DNA from: Styela clava
Taxonomy: Eukaryota
Assembly (NCBI RefSeq): GCF_964204865.1
Contig: NC_135256.1
Coordinates: 8,928,001-8,992,000 of the forward strand
Direction of reading: 5' to 3'
DNA: 64,000 nucleotides
Position numbers and translations under genes: made by a program. The notes under the pieces are model-generated. The model did not search any database and was not told the origin of the DNA. It saw only the letters and a list, made by a program, of their open reading frames with translations. This document shows, piece after piece, positions 55,205 to 64,000 of the stretch (the first letter of the stretch is position 1; the number at the start of each line of letters is the position of its first letter).

Positions 55205-56964
55205 AAAAGAGAAAAAGAATGTTTGACCGGGAAATGAGATAATTCAGGCAATGCTATTGTGTGATGTGACGATCACCTATTTAAATGTTTAGTGTATGAT
55301 TTGAATTTATTGATTCATGCATTCCACGGTTATTATTTTAAATTCGATAAAAAAAAATCTGTGGTTCACTGTATTTTAAATTGCTCTTGCCTTTAAATTG
55401 CCTTTTTATCATTCTGAAAACATGAAAATATCACCTTGAACACTAAGCGCTCCAAGTGAGAGGATGGGAGCGAAAGCATTGCTTTTTTTGTCTTGTTTAC
55501 AATATTTCTTTATTATCTGGCATCAGCTTTTTTGGGGGGGTGTGTGTGACTCTAATCTATTTTAAATGAATTTTAGTAAAATAACTTTTCTCATTAGAAT
55601 GGTAAATGTTGCATGCTAAAATTTATTGAATGCATATATTTATATAATGTATTTTGATGCCACTATGTAATTATCTTGAAAATATTTGTTCTGTTTAGCA
55701 AATAGTTTAGAATCTTGTTAATATTTCATATTATTCAGACATTATATTTTGTACTCCTGTATTTTTTAATTTGATTTTCATTGTTATGGGAAACTGTTAT
55801 CCCAATATGATTCAAATTTCTCCAGCACAATTGTTAACGTTATTTGATTATTTTAGGGATCTTTATGGATTCAGCATATTAAGAGCAGTGCTTCACAGGA
55901 AAGCCCAGCTGTTTATTCTAAAATTATTTCACTCAATGATATTCACTTGAAGAGTTTTTGCAGGCATCAGTTTTTCTGTAGGTTGATTAAAACTCATGGG
56001 CTATGGCCAATAAAGTTAATTATTTACCGACCTATTACGTTTCTCACTTGCATATCCCAAGAACGCAATGAATCTTCCAATATATATTAAATTTCAGACA
56101 ATTATTACCATCTAAAATATTCAAGATTTGATTTTTTGTACTCCGCCATTATGTTCATATTTTCTCTCTAGAAAATATATGAGAATATGTCCCTAAAGCT
56201 TTACATGGACTTTCAGATTCACATCTACTGGTAGAAGGAATGCTTGCCTCGAAGGGAGAATGGCTTACGTAGAGGTTATGGCTCCCTTCACCACCTGAAT
56301 TTGTGCGTACGGAATCAGGGTTGCCGGATTGGCTTTTTTAATGCCATGTTTGACAATTCTAGCGTCGGAATTTCCGTTTTGCGTTCTGGCTTTTTTATTT
56401 CTATTGTTGAAATCATATGAATAACAATCTTTTGTGTGCGACAATAGCCTATCGCTCAGCTACTCAACATTTGGATTTCCCACCGTGCATCGATTTCTTT
56501 GTTTATTTTCCTATCTGTAATATGGGAACAAAGACGTGACAACAATTGCAATTTCTGCATCTGCTCAAGACGGATATTCAAGCAGGGTTGTAACTATTCC
56601 CTCGTTTTCATAGTTTTGCGTGTTATTTGTCAGTCGTGTTCCCAAAAAAAGTTGTAAATGAAATAACTTAATTGTCATTATGTCTTTCGAGGGGCTTTAG
56701 TTTAGTTGCAGCAATCAAAATGAAGTCTCGCAAACACTGCGATAGGGCTGAAATATTTTGTTAGTACGGGAGTATCCTACCTATAAGCGGCACTTAGTTG
56801 GATAATTTTAATAAAAATGATGGTTTCAAACATGTAAACCAGTTTATTTATAGTCGCCAACATTCCAAAACAATCTTAAAGTAACCATGAAATTTTTTTC
56901 AAAAGTAAAGTATAGTGAGAACTTTTTAAGCTATATCGTAGGTTTAAGTAAAGACCTGTAGTTA

Positions 56965-58889
56965 CCGTGTTTCCCCGAAAATAAGACCTAGCCTGAATTT
57001 TAAAAAGTGATTTTAGTATAAACCCTCCCTTTAAAATAAGACCTAGACAATAACGCGAATTTTTTTTGACCTAATCGATAGCAAGAAATCTCTCCTACAC
57101 GTTTTAAATGATTAATATAGCCTACTACGCAGTGATTTCCCTAACCCCCTCCCCTAATTTTGAGGTGCGATTATACACTGTGATTCCTAACTCAAGTATT
57201 TGTATTTAAATATATAGAACATGGCATATTTATCAGTGTAGATAAGGAAATCACATACCAATTACGACCGCGTAACGATTTGAAATGGCCCGCCGAACTG
57301 TGAGATAGTTTAACCTTTAACGGTTAAGCTTAACTTAAATAATACTGATACGTTTAATATGCGTTTACCTTTTTGCGTTTTAGATACCACCAATTGTTAC
57401 ATCATTATCATAGTTTAAGCAAGCACGTGTATTTCGTAACAATTCAATCATAGCGATATTATAGCCCGCAAGGCCGCAACGTCGCTAAAAAATCGCCCGT
57501 TTGTTGAAGGGGAAATTTTACGCGAAAACCGTATTTGCTCGTTTAATAGCCCGGGCGCTTATTTTTTTAAACATACTCACTAACCGGGCCGGGCCCTTAT
57601 TCAAACCGGCCTTTATTCAAGCAGGGGCGCTTGTTATTTTTAAAGTAAAATTACACACAAAAATACCGGTAGATAAGATCGATCGTTACAATAATTAATA
57701 CCGTATATTGTCATTTCCAGTTCTCTTCTCGAGTATGATTTAAACGAGAATAATGAAAATTTTGACTTTTTCTACGCACCGCAGGTACAAATCCGCAAAA
57801 AAAAACTATTCGGCGGTTATTCAAGCACCGGCCCTTATTTATTTTTATGTCCTTTTCACACGCTATTCAAACAGGCCCTTAATGAAGACCGGGCGTTAAA
57901 ACGAGCATTTACCGTATATGCTGCAAGTTTTAAAAGTCATTTCTCCAGATATAAAAAGTTAATTTTCCAGCATCAGTCTTTCTAACAACACAATTATGAA
58001 CCTTAACATATCGAAACTTCGGTCCGGTCCAGACTGACAGACAATTACTTGAATTGGAGCCACGTTTTGGATATCTGATTTCAAACCAACCCGAATTACA
58101 CGTACATTACATGTACACATACACTATGTTAACTAAACCAAATTATGTTGGCATTTTGTTATATATATAATATATATACATTAGGATGTTTTTTGTGTAA
58201 CAAAACAAGCCATAAAGAGCCATTCATACGAGGCCATATGCTAGATGAGCAAGTTACTCATCAGTTGCAAATTTCTTGTTGTTGTCGTGCGTGTTATTCC
58301 TCGGGTATTCTATTACCTAACTATTATAATTATTAATTTTATTACATAACAAACTGCGATGCTAGGTGTATCTAAAATCAAGCTTGTAGCCTATTTTAGT
58401 GCCTATTTTTCAAAATTGTCACAGGCCGCTTGAGCACGCCCTGAACCGCAACCGTGCTGTCGCGCTTTTTTGCTGCTCCCCTTTTCTGATCCGCGAATAT
58501 TCTTCTTCTTCGAATTCAACCTTTGCAAAACCCCTAACGTAGATCGTTTGTCAAATATACAACAAAATTTCACAAGTTACAAATAGTTTTATCGCTAACA
58601 GCAAAATATTTACCACCCCCTACATTTCGAAACACCCCCCTAAAATGAAAAGCTGGGGAACATACTGAATTACTACGTTTTGCAGTTATTTTGAATAAAA
58701 ACGTGTTATTTATAAGTAAATGGATTTCGATTTTCATATTTTATCTATTTGAAAATCTCATAATTATCTACCTTGTAATTTTTTTTTTTGATAAATGAAA
58801 ATATAAAACATCCCCCGAAATTAAGCCTTAGTGTTAATTTTCGGAATAAAATTGAAATAAGACCCAGTCTTATTTTCGGGTAAACACGG
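56965..58889. mobile_element. Tc1/mariner-superfamily (Tc2/pogo-like) non-autonomous element, 1925 bp
   Basis: TIR CCGTGTTTCCCCGAAAATAAGAC (22/23 match) flanked by TA at 56963-56964 and 58890-58891. Internal AAATAAGACC repeats. Confidence 0.9.
57529..57914. mobile_element. Diverged Tc2-like MITE nested in the 56965-58889 element
   Basis: CCGTATTTGCTCGTTTAATAGCCCGG at the left and CCGGGCGTTAAAACGAGCATTTACCG at the right (degenerate TIRs). Internal GGCCCTTATT repeats. Confidence 0.6.
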
Positions 58890-59499
58890 TATATCGCATA
58901 CTAATGCGCCCAAGCACTCTGTATTGTATATGTTGAATTATAAAATATTGTCAACTGCGCAAATCCACTATTGTGCCAAGAATTTCAAATCCTTGTACTT
59001 TGTGAAGTTGGCTTTTTTGTGTCTTGACCTGGCTTTTTTTTTATCACTGAAATCTGGCAACCATGTGCACGTACAGAATCATCGACATGATGCACTGGCT
59101 ATCCAGGTGTCATACTTAAACTAGAAGCCGTGGTTCGCAATATGACCAAGTTGCTCGATCGATTTCATTTGTGTGCATTTTGTTTTGTCCGTTTACTTTT
59201 TGTATTGTTTATGTCAGAGAACCAAAATAAATGATTGATTGATTTGGTACGGAATATGTCGTCTTTTTTCTAGACGCCATGTCGTGAGTTGGTTAAAGAA
59301 AGTTACTGCATGAATCCCCGTTTGCCACCTGAATTTAACAAATCTGTATATCAAACTATACAAATGTATTAACCACAAATTATGAAACACTCACGATCAT
59401 CTGCGTGATTTTTTGAAAATACTACTTCAAACAGACATACTTCACAGTGCTTGTTCAACAGCAAAAAGTGCAACAATCATAAAAATAAAGGAATTTAAG

Positions 59500-62740
<3,241 letters not shown>

Positions 62741-64000
62741 AAATACTGTCTTAATCAGTCCACCCCTGCTTTCCACTATTTCCTATTCACAAATCGAGAA
62801 CTAAGTGCTATATTAACCACAGCCGTGTGTCCAATCAAACAGTATTAGCACGATACGTTGTTGAATCCAGTCAGGGTAGATCGCGACAAACAAAAAAAAC
62901 AGCGACCTATTGTCAATATTAAATCCTTTGAATCATATCGATGGCGACAATAAGAAAGAAAACAAAATAAAAATAAGGAACAATACACCTCCAGATAGGC
63001 AATCATATTTGAACAATTTTTATCGCAACATGCCGGTACGATTTGAATAAGTTCGATTCTGATTTACTATCGCTTTACAGTTCTACAATTCCAACATGAA
63101 AGAATCAGTTCTGCTTTGGTTATGTATTATATACAATACGATCAAATTAAGAAAAATCCGTGATTCATATAAGTTCAAGCACGATTTGGCGAATTTAACT
63201 ACAAATCATTCTTAAACATAGAAAATAAGAATACAGGTGTCGACTCTACTGTGGTGATTTCACATCCACCGTCGACGTCACTTATTCGACGTAGAGATTC
63301 TAAGAAAACTCCCAAGCCTTGTTATTCAGGTCTGAGAAGAAAATAATTTTTCCATTAATCACTTTTGAGTATGTTTCTCGTCAAACTGTCAGTTGGGAAA
63401 GGCTATTTGATCTATTTTAACGCTTACTATTACATTTGCTATGAACTGACTGAGTTATATTACAATTTCAACAGTAACATCGTTATTTTATTTATATACA
63501 TATACCGGTAGTTGTTTTCAATTTCAATAAAGCGTAAAATCATAAATACACTAGTCGCAGTTTACGTGAGTTTTTTCTGGCAGTATGACTGGATTAATCT
63601 TCAAGTATAAATACTCAGATGAAGCATTTTTTAAAGCGATAAATTGATGTTAACAATCAAAATTTGTCTTTTTGTATATAAGATATACAGCCGTCTACAG
63701 TGAGTGTAAAATCACAGTCCATTATCATACTCCATAATCAAAATGAAATTTATTTCATATGTTATTAATTATATGTAATTCATATATTACATCGGTCTTG
63801 TTCTGATTAAATGTTTAATATATATTCTGCTAAAATGTAGGCTTAACTTAAACTGATTATATCTGCTAGGTATCTATCAACTTTGAAACTGTTTGTACGT
63901 CTGGTATAGCTTCGAAAAACTTTGTAGAAACAAAATTTATCAATATTCGAATTTTTATGACAATGTAGTTTGTGATTCTAAAATGATTTCTCTATACATT

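Larger units (their letters stand above)
56316..59065. mobile_element. Non-autonomous hAT-like element inserted in a SINE-like repeat (about 56230-56315 and 59066-59245)
   Basis: TIRs CAGGGTTGCCGGATT and AATCTGGCAACCATG (13/15). TGGCTTTTT subterminal repeats at both ends. The TSD is not clean. The host repeat ends in AATAAA(TGAT)n. Confidence 0.65.

Overview
AT-rich eukaryotic (metazoan) genomic DNA with short GT-AG introns. The gene content and style are most consistent with an invertebrate chordate such as an ascidian, but this is inference. Splicing exons by hand gives ten host gene models, many exons of which are absent from the ORF track. (1) A dispersed family of five related cell-surface genes built from the modules signal peptide, trypsin-like S1A protease, six-Cys CUB domain, Thr/Ser stalk and GPI-type hydrophobic tail: a pseudogene (592-6741, +), two protease-CUB-stalk genes (18435-8205 and 40718-34513, -), a CUB-only gene (30828-29313, -) and a protease-only gene (62740-59500, -). 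(2) A stand-alone Schlafen/AlbA_2-domain gene (21664-23877) with a 62-bp-arm hairpin just upstream. (3) A secreted alpha-carbonic anhydrase. (4) An intronless single-domain hexokinase. (5) A small gene with an N-terminal HYLS1-like motif. (6) An intronless ankyrin-DHHC palmitoyltransferase that appears to have lost one of its two zinc sites. Mobile DNA is abundant: a near-intact Buster/SPIN-type hAT transposon inside a coding exon, a composite hAT with three left ends and a 1.8-kb tandem duplication, nested hAT and Tc2-like non-autonomous elements, MITEs and tRNA-derived SINE-like pieces. All exon coordinates were derived manually from splice motifs and reading-frame continuity, without transcript support.
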